Sequence record: LR756501.1
DNA length: 64,000 nucleotides
Reading direction: 5' to 3' (one strand)
This document shows, in pieces, positions 9,222 to 17,911 of this stretch (position 1 is the stretch's first letter; the number at the start of each line of letters is the position of its first letter). The notes beneath the pieces are model-generated. The model did not search any database, was not told the origin of the DNA, and saw nothing but the letters and a program-made list of their open reading frames with translations. The position numbers and the translations under genes are program-made.

Positions 9222-10493
9222 ATGTTTATAAGAGTACTAATAATTAACGAAAACGAAATTGATACTAGTTTAATAAAATCTAAAGAGATATATGCTAGTA
9301 ACAGAGATTTTGAATTTTTACAAATAAAAGACGATTCAAATCTTAAAGAGATTCTATCCACATTTAATCCTCAAATTATATTAACTTTTCTTGAAGAGAA
9401 GCATATAACATCAGATCCTTTAGAAACTCAACATCTTATACCAGCGAAAAGATTTCCAAATCTTTACAACGCTAGAATAGAAGAAAATAGAAGATGGTTA
9501 TCTTTACCTCTGACTTTATCACCAGAAGAAATAGCAGAGGAATTGATGGGAATGTTCGTAAAAATAACTGCACATAAACCTCATATGTTATTTTCTGTAA
9601 TCACCACATTATACATGACGCCAATTTTCAAATTGAAAAGATTATATGAATCTATACTGAGACAAACAAATACAAATTGGGAATGGATTGTAGTCGACGA
9701 TTCACCGATTGATCACGTGACTTCATATAATTACATAAATGAACTATCCAAAAAAGATAATAGGATTCAATTATTTAGAAGAAATAAATCTAGTGGTGTT
9801 ATCGGTGAAGTTAAGAAATACGCTTTTGGTTTAGCCAACGGTGATATTCTGGTTGAAGTTGATCACGACGACGAACTCATAGATAGTTGCCTTGATAATT
9901 TATGTAGATCATATCTTTATTCAGATGATATAGGATTTGTTTACGGGTTAGTTTGTGAACAATACGAAGATAGCACAGATATCGTAGATTACGGTAATAG
10001 TTGGGCGTTTGGTTACGGTGGTTACATGGACTATACATATAAAGATAAATATTACAAAACTGCTCTTGCCCCAAATATAAACTCAAAAACAATTAGACAT
10101 ATAGTTGGTGCACCAAATCACGTTAGAAGTTGGAGAAAAGAAGTTTATCAGGCAATAGGTGGACATAATAAATACGTACACGTTGCTGATGATTACGAAT
10201 TAATGATAAGAACTTTCCTTTATACTAAAATGGCAAAAATGCCAGTTCTTAGTTATATTCAATATTTTGAAAAAGACGCATCTAATTCACAATTCACAAG
10301 AAACGGTGAAATTCAAAGATTGGTAAATTATTTTGCCACATACTATAATAATCTCATAAGAGATAGACTTGTAGAACTTGGTGCCGACGACTTTTGTTGG
10401 ACTGAAACAGGTTTCGATTTAATGATGCCAAATCCAGAAATTGAAACTATAGCCAACTATATAATACCAATAGAATTATTGGTTCAACCATAA
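9222..10493 (+). CDS. Family 2 (GT-A) glycosyltransferase
   Basis: FSVITTLY, WEWIVVDDS, GDILVEVDHDD, ADDYELMIR; ATG at 9222 follows AATATATA at 9197. Confidence 0.9.
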   Translation: MFIRVLIINENEIDTSLIKSKEIYASNRDFEFLQIKDDSNLKEILSTFNPQIILTFLEEKHITSDPLETQHLIPAKRFPNLYNARIEENRRWLSLPLTLSPEEIAEELMGMFVKITAHKPHMLFSVITTLYMTPIFKLKRLYESILRQTNTNWEWIVVDDSPIDHVTSYNYINELSKKDNRIQLFRRNKSSGVIGEVKKYAFGLANGDILVEVDHDDELIDSCLDNLCRSYLYSDDIGFVYGLVCEQYEDSTDIVDYGNSWAFGYGGYMDYTYKDKYYKTALAPNINSKTIRHIVGAPNHVRSWRKEVYQAIGGHNKYVHVADDYELMIRTFLYTKMAKMPVLSYIQYFEKDASNSQFTRNGEIQRLVNYFATYYNNLIRDRLVELGADDFCWTETGFDLMMPNPEIETIANYIIPIELLVQP

Positions 10494-10497
10494 AAAG

Positions 10498-10529
10498 AAA
10501 GCCTCAAAATCATTTGGGGCTTTTTTTTT
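10498..10529 (+). terminator. Intrinsic terminator
   Basis: AAAGCCTCAAA/TTTGGGGCTTT followed by a T-run. Confidence 0.8.
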
Positions 10530-10543
10530 ATAAATATTTTTTG

Positions 10544-10551
10544 TATCTTTG
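10544..10551 (+). promoter_or_regulatory. Bacteroidota-type -7 promoter element TAnnTTTG
   Basis: TATCTTTG, 4 nt upstream of the ATG at 10556; no clearly spaced -33 element. Confidence 0.5.
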
Positions 10552-10555
10552 CTCA

Positions 10556-10996
10556 ATGAAAATATCCTTCGACTTCGATTCAACTCTTGAATACAAGCAT
10601 ATACAAGAATATGCCAAAGAACTCATGGATAAAGGTTACGAAATCCATATAGTTACTTCACGTCCAAAAAAATGGTCACAGAAATGGAAAGTTAGAGGAA
10701 ATCCTTATACTTTATGGGATAACGATGATCTATATGAGGTCGCAGATAGATTAGGGATTCAAAGAGATAATATCCATTTCACAGATTACACACCGAAATA
10801 TAAATTCTTTGATAAAGACAAAGATTTTATTTTTCATTTGGACGACGATTACAACGAAACTTTCGGTATAAATAATTATACAAAAATAAAAGGTATCACT
10901 TTAGATAGCGATGACTGGAAAGAAAAATGTAACGAAGTTTTATTTATTGATTTTTTCACAAACGTAAAAAATGCAAACATTCCTACCGTACGCTGA
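10556..10996 (+). CDS. HAD-superfamily phosphatase-like protein
   Basis: ISFDFDSTL (DxD motif I), IVTSR (motif II), FHLDDD (motif IV). Confidence 0.8.
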   Translation: MKISFDFDSTLEYKHIQEYAKELMDKGYEIHIVTSRPKKWSQKWKVRGNPYTLWDNDDLYEVADRLGIQRDNIHFTDYTPKYKFFDKDKDFIFHLDDDYNETFGINNYTKIKGITLDSDDWKEKCNEVLFIDFFTNVKNANIPTVR

Positions 10997-11399
10997 TTTC
11001 GAAAAATCAGCACAAGTTTTAGATTACCAACGTTTAGGCAAACAAAGAGTTGAAGCCTATCAAATATATAGGTGCCTAATTAATCCTACACGTTGGAAAA
11101 ATCATCCCGCTGTTAAAATGTGGGATGGTTATAGAGGTGCACTAGCTGAATATCATAACGCTATGATAGTAGAGTGGATTAAACGTGGTTACGTGAACAA
11201 CATGCATTATATTATCTACGAAGAAAAATATGAATATCCCTGGTGGTTGGGTAACGAAGATTTCCACAGAGCAATGCGTAGTCGTTTAATTCAAAAAAAT
11301 AAAGAATTTTATTTACCAAAATTTCCGAACGATGAAGGATTTAACGATAGTAAATATATGTGGCCTGTAAATGAATCAAAAACTTTTAGAATAATCTAA
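10971..11399 (+). CDS. Pyrimidine-dimer DNA glycosylase / endonuclease V-like protein (MSMEG_6728-type)
   Basis: MQTFLPYADF...LDYQRLGKQRVEA...NHPAVKMW...EWIKRGY. Confidence 0.85.
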   Translation: MQTFLPYADFEKSAQVLDYQRLGKQRVEAYQIYRCLINPTRWKNHPAVKMWDGYRGALAEYHNAMIVEWIKRGYVNNMHYIIYEEKYEYPWWLGNEDFHRAMRSRLIQKNKEFYLPKFPNDEGFNDSKYMWPVNESKTFRII

Positions 11400-11436
11400 T
11401 TTCAAAAATTAATATATAAAATAAAAAATTCCTAAT

Positions 11437-11733
11437 ATGGCAAAGATTAAAAGACTGAATGAGAACGCTGAAGTTTCTTATACTATTGAAGAAATTAAAG
11501 ATATTTGTAAAAAATACAATACATTAAAAACTGAATTATTACCAGTTGCCATTAATAAATGGAACGCTGAAACAAAAGCTAGATGGGAGAGTAGAGCAGA
11601 TTTAATTATGGAACCATCTGATTGTATGATAGATTGGGTAGAAGATTTTGGCGATAGAGGAATAGGCGTAGAATTTCTTGATCAAGACGGTAATGATTAT
11701 AATATTACCTTAACCAAAGAAGACTTAGCATGA
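11437..11733 (+). CDS. Hypothetical protein with CTS-like N-terminus
   Basis: MAKIKRLNE start; AATATATA at 11411. Confidence 0.7.
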   Translation: MAKIKRLNENAEVSYTIEEIKDICKKYNTLKTELLPVAINKWNAETKARWESRADLIMEPSDCMIDWVEDFGDRGIGVEFLDQDGNDYNITLTKEDLA

Positions 11734-12326
11734 AAGTAATGTTTATTACAGGATCGTGTTGGATGCGCGATAAACAAAATAACCTACTACCCTTTGTAAA
11801 AAGTCAAGGATTTATTGATACGTTCACTATGTTTGGTGATCAATTAGTGTACCCTGAGATATATTGGTACGAAGGCGATTATCTATTTCCTTATCTCGAA
11901 AAGATAGTGGAAAAGGAAAACATTGATCTAATTATAGGTTATTCTGCTGGTGGTCATCCTGGTTTTCATCTTTGTAATAAATATAAAATCAAAGGTATTC
12001 ACTTTAATCCAGCCATCGCTTCATCTAGCGAAGCCCCAACTCTTCAAATCTTACCGGAAGATTATAAAAATCTACCTATATACGGTGATCAAGTCATGGT
12101 CATTGGGTCAGAAGACAAAAAATATAAAGGTGGTGTAGACTCACATCTTGTTGTTAGGTATTTAGAACAAAAAGGGTTTGAAGCTGCAGGCGGTGAAATT
12201 CTTATAATTCCAGGTCTCGAGCACGCTGTATCACTCCAATTATTTAAAATGGCGTTTGAATATTATAGAGAAATTTGGTGGGGAGAAAAACAATCAGTTA
12301 GTGAAAGAGCTGACGTCGTGATTTAA
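11730..12326 (+). CDS. Alpha/beta hydrolase (YqiA/UPF0227 esterase-like)
   Basis: IIGYSAGG nucleophile elbow, FNPA, GSED, GLEH. Confidence 0.75.
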   Translation: MKVMFITGSCWMRDKQNNLLPFVKSQGFIDTFTMFGDQLVYPEIYWYEGDYLFPYLEKIVEKENIDLIIGYSAGGHPGFHLCNKYKIKGIHFNPAIASSSEAPTLQILPEDYKNLPIYGDQVMVIGSEDKKYKGGVDSHLVVRYLEQKGFEAAGGEILIIPGLEHAVSLQLFKMAFEYYREIWWGEKQSVSERADVVI

Positions 12327-12342
12327 AAAAAATATTGCATTA

Positions 12343-12912
12343 ATGGAAAATCTAAACGATTATAAACAGTTCAACGAGAATATTCTCAATTTATCTAAAA
12401 AGAGAAAATTTCCGACTCTTGGAGAAAGAGATGGAAAAGTTCATAAAGGTAGTTGGGGTCATTCCGATGTATATTCTATTTACCATCTTTCCAAAAAAGA
12501 TTTAGGTAAATATTTAAACACTTGGTTTGTAGGTGAAGTTGTTCTAGGTAAATATGGAGATACTTTAACTGACGAAATGTGGACTGTTAAAAGAGTAGAT
12601 AAACAAACGGCAGATAACTTATATCGTAAAAATATTAATCCTATTAGGATAGCTATCATGTGTCCAACTGGAGCCAGATTCAAAAAAGACGAATCTGGTG
12701 TTATCACAAATTATCAAATGAAAGCCCAAATTTATTCAATTGATGATTCATCTTATGGCGTTTGGTTTGGTGACATGAAATTAGAAGATCTCAAAAAAAT
12801 TAGACCTCAAATCATGGAATGGATTAACGATCAAGACGAAGTAAACGGTGACGAATTTATTGATTTTTGTTTATCGTTAGGAGCTGATCCTGATAGTGTT
12901 GATTATAATTAA
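12343..12912 (+). CDS. Hypothetical protein with CTS-like N-terminus
   Basis: MENLNDYKQFNE start. Confidence 0.75.
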   Translation: MENLNDYKQFNENILNLSKKRKFPTLGERDGKVHKGSWGHSDVYSIYHLSKKDLGKYLNTWFVGEVVLGKYGDTLTDEMWTVKRVDKQTADNLYRKNINPIRIAIMCPTGARFKKDESGVITNYQMKAQIYSIDDSSYGVWFGDMKLEDLKKIRPQIMEWINDQDEVNGDEFIDFCLSLGADPDSVDYN

Positions 12913-13264
12913 AATTCTTAACAAATTTCACTATTCTTTCTGATAGAAATAAATACATTGAAGTCAGTACTATTATTGAAGAATAGGCGTAATATTTTAA
13001 CATACCAATCAAAGTGATCTTACTCAATAAAGTTAATAAAAATCCAATCAATCCTGGTACAAATACTATTATACCTATAATCAATAATGGTATTAAAGCC
13101 AACGAATACTTCTTAATTCTTAAAATTCTTTCTGCTTTAGCTGTTTCGTAATTCGTACAACAAACCATGACGTTGTCCACGAAATCATCAGAAGGACAAC
13201 ATTCATCTATCCTCCCGATGTTCTCTCTTAGAAAATTATCAAATTTTGTGTCGAATTCTTTCAT
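12857..13264 (-). CDS. Membrane protein with anti-sigma-like N-terminus (PSDDFVDNVM) and two TM helices
   Basis: ATG at 13264; two hydrophobic segments. Confidence 0.6.
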   Translation of the reverse strand: MKEFDTKFDNFLRENIGRIDECCPSDDFVDNVMVCCTNYETAKAERILRIKKYSLALIPLLIIGIIVFVPGLIGFLLTLLSKITLIGMLKYYAYSSIIVLTSMYLFLSERIVKFVKNFNYNQHYQDQLLTINKNQ

Positions 13265-13266
13265 AT

Positions 13267-13404
13267 TTAACAATTACAATTTTTACAATGAGCTTTCAGT
13301 TTTTCAGTTGTTTTATTTGAAGTTGTCTGCCAACCACATTTCTCACACACATATACTTTACTCATGGTGAAAAACTTTCTTATACCTTCTAATATCCTTT
13401 TCAT
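13267..13404 (-). CDS. Small zinc-finger protein, 45 aa, not in ORF track
   Basis: MKRILEGIRKFFTMSKVYVCEKCGWQTTSNKTTEKLKAHCKNCNC; fills the gap between two co-oriented genes. Confidence 0.6.
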   Translation of the reverse strand: MKRILEGIRKFFTMSKVYVCEKCGWQTTSNKTTEKLKAHCKNCNC

Positions 13405-13409
13405 TTACT

Positions 13410-13658
13410 TTAATTTATTTTTGTTGTATCTTCATCAAAAGTTGCCTCTTTTGGTGTGATTGGTTTTAACATATTAATATCTATTATAGATATTTCTTCT
13501 TCAAATGTTGCTTCCTTTGGAGTAATTGGAGTTAAGCTTATTAAAGCGTTAACACTCACTTCACTGTTTGTATTTACAGTTGTTGTTGATACTCTATCTC
13601 CTTCACCATATACTGAGAAAGCAACCATCATTAAAATTATCATTACTACTTTTTTCAT
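13410..13658 (-). CDS. Small secreted protein with duplicated PITPKEATF(E/D)E motif
   Basis: Signal peptide MKKVVMIILMMVAFSVYG; two copies of the motif. Confidence 0.75.
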   Translation of the reverse strand: MKKVVMIILMMVAFSVYGEGDRVSTTTVNTNSEVSVNALISLTPITPKEATFEEEISIIDINMLKPITPKEATFDEDTTKIN

Positions 13659-13827
13659 CTTTTCCGTCTTTCTTTTTTATTTATATATAATGATTCTAAA
13701 CTGAAGTTTTTCCATATTTTAATTTAATCTAAATTAACTCGTGTAGAACTCATTATCTCTCTTTATTTTGGAGATTAGACACCCGAAATGAAAAAAGGTT
13801 ACAAAAATATTTAATTTTAATTTAATA

Positions 13828-14313
13828 TTAAATTGTTGGTATATCTACAATGTTTAAAATTTCAATAGCTTTCTTTAAACATTTATTATCAAACCCTTTG
13901 GTTTGTTCCACTTTAACGTAATGACTTAATTGATTGAGGAGCATGTCCTCACTATCATCTATTATAACGTAACTTTCTACGTATCTTTCCATGTTGGTAT
14001 ATTTTATTAACCACTCTTTTATTTCCATGCCTCTTGGTGCTCTGAATTTATTGTTCCAATCTTCTGTTGGATAAACTTTTAACACATTGAATATTGGAGT
14101 CATGTCGAAAATCCCTTCAATTTCATATTTTTCTAGAAATTTTCTAACTTCATCTAATCCTTTTCTACGCCAAGTAGATGATATAACTATCTTAGCTCCT
14201 GTTTCTTTAACAAGTTTATTAATATTATCGACACATTTTTTATCGAAACTGTTTCCCGTGACTGGTCTAAGTACACCGTCTATATCAAGAAATATAACTT
14301 TAATCTTTTCCAT
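13828..14313 (-). CDS. HAD-domain protein of the Swiss-Army-Knife RNA-repair type (HAD_SAK_2-like)
   Basis: VIFLDIDGVL, IVISSTWR, RGMEIKEWL, YVIIDD. Confidence 0.85.
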   Translation of the reverse strand: MEKIKVIFLDIDGVLRPVTGNSFDKKCVDNINKLVKETGAKIVISSTWRRKGLDEVRKFLEKYEIEGIFDMTPIFNVLKVYPTEDWNNKFRAPRGMEIKEWLIKYTNMERYVESYVIIDDSEDMLLNQLSHYVKVEQTKGFDNKCLKKAIEILNIVDIPTI

Positions 14314-15097
14314 TCAATTTGAAGTTTTTATATTTTATTATAAATCCTTCTGTAAGTTTGTTTTTATCATCTAAAGTTTTTATATATCTCAATAATTCTT
14401 TAACAGTATCTAAACCGTCATTATAAATCTTTTCCCATATTACATCTTCGTATTCACTTAAATCTACTGTGTTTACGTACTCACTGTACTTATGGATAGG
14501 TAAAACTTCTTCTGAGTGATTTTCAGAGTAACAATACGTTGAATAAACTCTTTTTGGATTTTCCGGGTTGTGAGTATAAAATACAAATGATCTTGTTATT
14601 TTAGATCCAAAATTTCTAAGGAAACTATTTATCTTGTCTCTTGTTCCACCCGAGAAATAACTATCATCCATAAAGACAAAATCTTCGCCTTCAATATCAT
14701 ATCTTTGTTTGAGGATTTCTATTTTATTACCTTCGTCCTCTTTTACTTTTCTAATTTGACCACTAACTATAACTATATTACCATCGAATTCAATTTCACC
14801 TTCTTCAACAAGTTGATAAATCCACAATCCAAAACTACCCGATGAAACTATATTAACTTCACCCTCTTGTCTCTCAATGATTTCAAACATTTTTCTAATC
14901 ATATCCACGTTATCTGGATTTATAATAAATTCATCTATTCTTTCTAAAAAAGGAAAAGTAAAAACCGCTATTGATTTTTTTCTATATATGGCGTTAATGA
15001 AGTCAACAAAAAGAGCTATATTTTCGTCAGCGATATCGCTAGGTTGAACACTCATATCAAGTAGTTCATCTACGTATTTCCCTAGTTTTTTGTTCAT
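14300..15097 (-). CDS. Type I phosphoribosyltransferase-fold protein (paralog 2)
   Basis: FVFMDDSYFSGGT PRPP-binding loop; ATG at 15097 overlaps the upstream TGA (ATGA). Confidence 0.7.
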   Translation of the reverse strand: MNKKLGKYVDELLDMSVQPSDIADENIALFVDFINAIYRKKSIAVFTFPFLERIDEFIINPDNVDMIRKMFEIIERQEGEVNIVSSGSFGLWIYQLVEEGEIEFDGNIVIVSGQIRKVKEDEGNKIEILKQRYDIEGEDFVFMDDSYFSGGTRDKINSFLRNFGSKITRSFVFYTHNPENPKRVYSTYCYSENHSEEVLPIHKYSEYVNTVDLSEYEDVIWEKIYNDGLDTVKELLRYIKTLDDKNKLTEGFIIKYKNFKLNGKD

Positions 15098-17103
15098 AAT
15101 TTTTTCATATTGGTAATTTGAAAGAAAGGCCACACAGACTCAAATTGAATAACTTCACCAGTATATCCCTCAACATCATGAGCGTAATCAATCCTTAATA
15201 CTCTATAACTATCATTACTATCGTGCTTTACCCAGTGTCCTTTGTGTTTAACGTCCGTTTTATTAGTCTCTTGTGTTACTTGATCATGCCAATAATAACC
15301 TACTCTTTCTATCTTTGCTCTATCTCCAACACTAAATATATTTTCTACAACTTCCATAGGTTCGTTATCACTCAACTTTCCCTTTGAATACCATCTAACT
15401 TCTTCTTCTATTAGATTACCAGGATAAGTGTCTTCTATTCTAAATCCCCACACATCAATGTAATTTTTAGCCTTTTGTATCGCTTCTTCTTCGCTTCCAA
15501 AATTTGTATAATTTCTAACTTTTTTCCATTTTGGATTTCTTACGTAAATATTATATTGCCAAGTGTCGTAATGTTTTTTAGGTCTTATTATAATGCCTTT
15601 ATATTCAACATCATTTTCACCCACATCTTTAAATTTGCTGTTAATTTTAAATTCAGGTTCTTCATCATCTCCTAATCTACCTTTATTGTACCATCTAACT
15701 TCTTCATCTAAAGATCTTTCTCTTACTATAATTGGGAAATTATTATCTACTTCCAAGACACCATATTTCTTTGTATCAAATAAAATTAATATTTGGTTAT
15801 TTTTCTTTGATAGAGCTGGCATTAAACCACATATTTGTCCTTTATATACATCAACTTTAGATTTAGCGTGAAATTCCACTTCTCTGCCTCTTAATAAGAT
15901 GATTACACTTTTTCTTCCTTCTCTTACGTATTTTGACCAGAACTGTGTAACAAGGAATGTTTGTTCATATCTTTGTTTAACATAAGCTTCATTGGTGTCC
16001 CACACTTCTTCACCGTAAGGATCTTCAGGTGTTACCACTCTTTTTCTTGGTGCCATTTCTTGAATAACTATCATTTCATCAGTAACTTCATCTTTGGTTA
16101 AACCACCAATAGGACTACTTAATTTACCTTCTGGGGTTATATATGCTACTTCATATGTATTTTTACCGTTAGAATAATACTTATCACCAAATAAAACAGA
16201 TATTTTATAACCGTTATCAAAAGTCATTTTAGCCTTTTTACCTAAAGTGGGAGGTCCCAAGTGGGGCTTAAATTCTACAATATCTACAAATACTAAATCA
16301 TCGAATGTTTTAAATTCGCCAAGATTCTCATTTAAAAACCCTTTATATTTTTTAATCTTCCTTTTTTCATATTCCCTCTTATAACCATAAGACTTAATAT
16401 TAACTTTATTCGAACCAGCATTTTGAAATTTTTGTTTTAATAATTGAATTTCTTTTAATAATTCTTTTATACTCCTTATCTGCCCCTTCATTATCTGATT
16501 TTCAAGCATATCGTATGGAATATTCGCTTCATCTATATTATTCAACACACTTAACAATTTCTTAACAGGAAGTATATCGTCCATGTGATAATCATAATAT
16601 CTATATACCGCGTAAACATCAGATCTCTTTTGAAAGCTACCGTCGTAAAACACATAAGTTTTAATTATTTTAGCTTTATATTTTTCTAAATGTTTATCTA
16701 TTTCTTTCTTTGTTGATCCAGAGTAATAACTATCATCAAGTAATACAAAATTTTTGTTATAAACTCTGTTCTCATCTCCGCCTATAATTTGGAAGGTTTT
16801 GTTTTTAATACTGCTTCTAAGTGAACCACTAACATGAATAACTATACCAGTTACTTTAATTTTACCTGTTTTTATAAGATTATAAATCCAATCTCCAAAT
16901 TTACCAGTAAGTATAAGATTATAATTAGTGCCTTGCTCTTGTCTTATCTTATCAAAGAGATGATAAACCATATCTATATTTTTAGGATCACGAACAAACT
17001 CATCCATTCTATCAAAGAAATTAGCACCACCTTCGGGTTTATTCTTTTTAAGATTATTAACTACGTCAACTATTTTATTCTTATCCTGCAATAATAAATC
17101 CAT
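15094..17103 (-). CDS. Multimodular protein: N-terminal PRTase-fold domain, internal CTS-like motif, DPYGEE motif and several small domains
   Basis: FVLLDDSYYSGST; KIKKYKGFLNE; DPYGEEVW; two EEVRWYxKGxL copies; FSVGD KOW-like end module. Confidence 0.75.
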   Translation of the reverse strand: MDLLLQDKNKIVDVVNNLKKNKPEGGANFFDRMDEFVRDPKNIDMVYHLFDKIRQEQGTNYNLILTGKFGDWIYNLIKTGKIKVTGIVIHVSGSLRSSIKNKTFQIIGGDENRVYNKNFVLLDDSYYSGSTKKEIDKHLEKYKAKIIKTYVFYDGSFQKRSDVYAVYRYYDYHMDDILPVKKLLSVLNNIDEANIPYDMLENQIMKGQIRSIKELLKEIQLLKQKFQNAGSNKVNIKSYGYKREYEKRKIKKYKGFLNENLGEFKTFDDLVFVDIVEFKPHLGPPTLGKKAKMTFDNGYKISVLFGDKYYSNGKNTYEVAYITPEGKLSSPIGGLTKDEVTDEMIVIQEMAPRKRVVTPEDPYGEEVWDTNEAYVKQRYEQTFLVTQFWSKYVREGRKSVIILLRGREVEFHAKSKVDVYKGQICGLMPALSKKNNQILILFDTKKYGVLEVDNNFPIIVRERSLDEEVRWYNKGRLGDDEEPEFKINSKFKDVGENDVEYKGIIIRPKKHYDTWQYNIYVRNPKWKKVRNYTNFGSEEEAIQKAKNYIDVWGFRIEDTYPGNLIEEEVRWYSKGKLSDNEPMEVVENIFSVGDRAKIERVGYYWHDQVTQETNKTDVKHKGHWVKHDSNDSYRVLRIDYAHDVEGYTGEVIQFESVWPFFQITNMKKL
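16006..16023 (-). repeat. DPYGEE 18-bp coding repeat (first of 12 copies)
   Basis: GATCCTTACGGTGAAGAA; other copies at 17133, 26122, 26649 (minus strand) and 60807, 61379, 62062, 62906, 62948, 63188, 63546, 63874 (plus strand). Confidence 0.95.
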
Positions 17104-17117
17104 TTTATATTTTTATT

Positions 17118-17726
17118 TTAATCATTCCAATCCTCTTCACCGTAAGGATCTAATTCTGATATTTTTATATCAAGTGTGTTTATATCTGTAAAAACAGGAA
17201 GAAGTTCTATATCACCTTTTTCTGTTAATATTGCGAATTGATCGTGCTTTGTTTCTTCGTCTTCAACTATTAAAATATCTTTAACACTTGTAACAACATC
17301 TATAGCCTTTTGAAATTTTCTCTCTCTCTTAAATTTTACATCTTTTCCAATAAATTTCTTCAAATTTTCAATAAAAGGTTCCACTTCATAATACGCATGT
17401 GAAAAAGGAGTATTATAAACATTCATTTCATTCCCTTTATCGTCAACGAAAATAATATTACTATCACTAGCTGGTCTATCCTCACATGGTTTAACATCAG
17501 ATATTCTTCTCATTCTAACGCAAGCGTTTCTAAACTTTCCATTCTCCTGAGATATTTTAAAGAAGATTAATTTACCAACAAGATTTTCTTTTAGAACTTC
17601 AACCATCCTAGATGTGAGTTTCTTATACTCTTCAGCAAATATATTGCCAAAACTCAATTCATTATTGTAAATCTCTCTACCAGAAACTTTTGCTTCATTT
17701 AAAAACTCTCTGAACATTTTCACCAT
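17118..17726 (-). CDS. CTS-bearing hypothetical protein ending in ELDPYGEEDWND
   Basis: Start re-called at MVKMFREFLNE (17726, or 17717) because AATATATA lies at 17732-17739 inside the longer ORF. Confidence 0.75.
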   Translation of the reverse strand: MVKMFREFLNEAKVSGREIYNNELSFGNIFAEEYKKLTSRMVEVLKENLVGKLIFFKISQENGKFRNACVRMRRISDVKPCEDRPASDSNIIFVDDKGNEMNVYNTPFSHAYYEVEPFIENLKKFIGKDVKFKRERKFQKAIDVVTSVKDILIVEDEETKHDQFAILTEKGDIELLPVFTDINTLDIKISELDPYGEEDWND

Positions 17727-17772
17727 AAACCTATATATTAAACTTTTCATACAGAAAAATTATATATAAAGT

Positions 17773-17910
17773 ATGCAAACTTTAATAGTAATAACAATAA
17801 TTCTTACAGCCTTAGGCATAGCTGTTTACAATATAATCAGGGGTTTCGTAAAACCAAAAACACATTGCAACGGTTGCAATGTGTCTGGGTGTTCAATCAG
17901 GAAAAAATGA
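17773..17910 (+). CDS. FeoB-associated-type Cys-rich small membrane protein, 45 aa, not in ORF track
   Basis: MQTLIVITIILTALGIAVYNIIRGFVKPKTHCNGCNVSGCSIRKK: one TM helix plus CxxCxxxxC; TATATA promoter-like motif just upstream. Confidence 0.7.
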   Translation: MQTLIVITIILTALGIAVYNIIRGFVKPKTHCNGCNVSGCSIRKK

Positions 17911-17911
17911 T

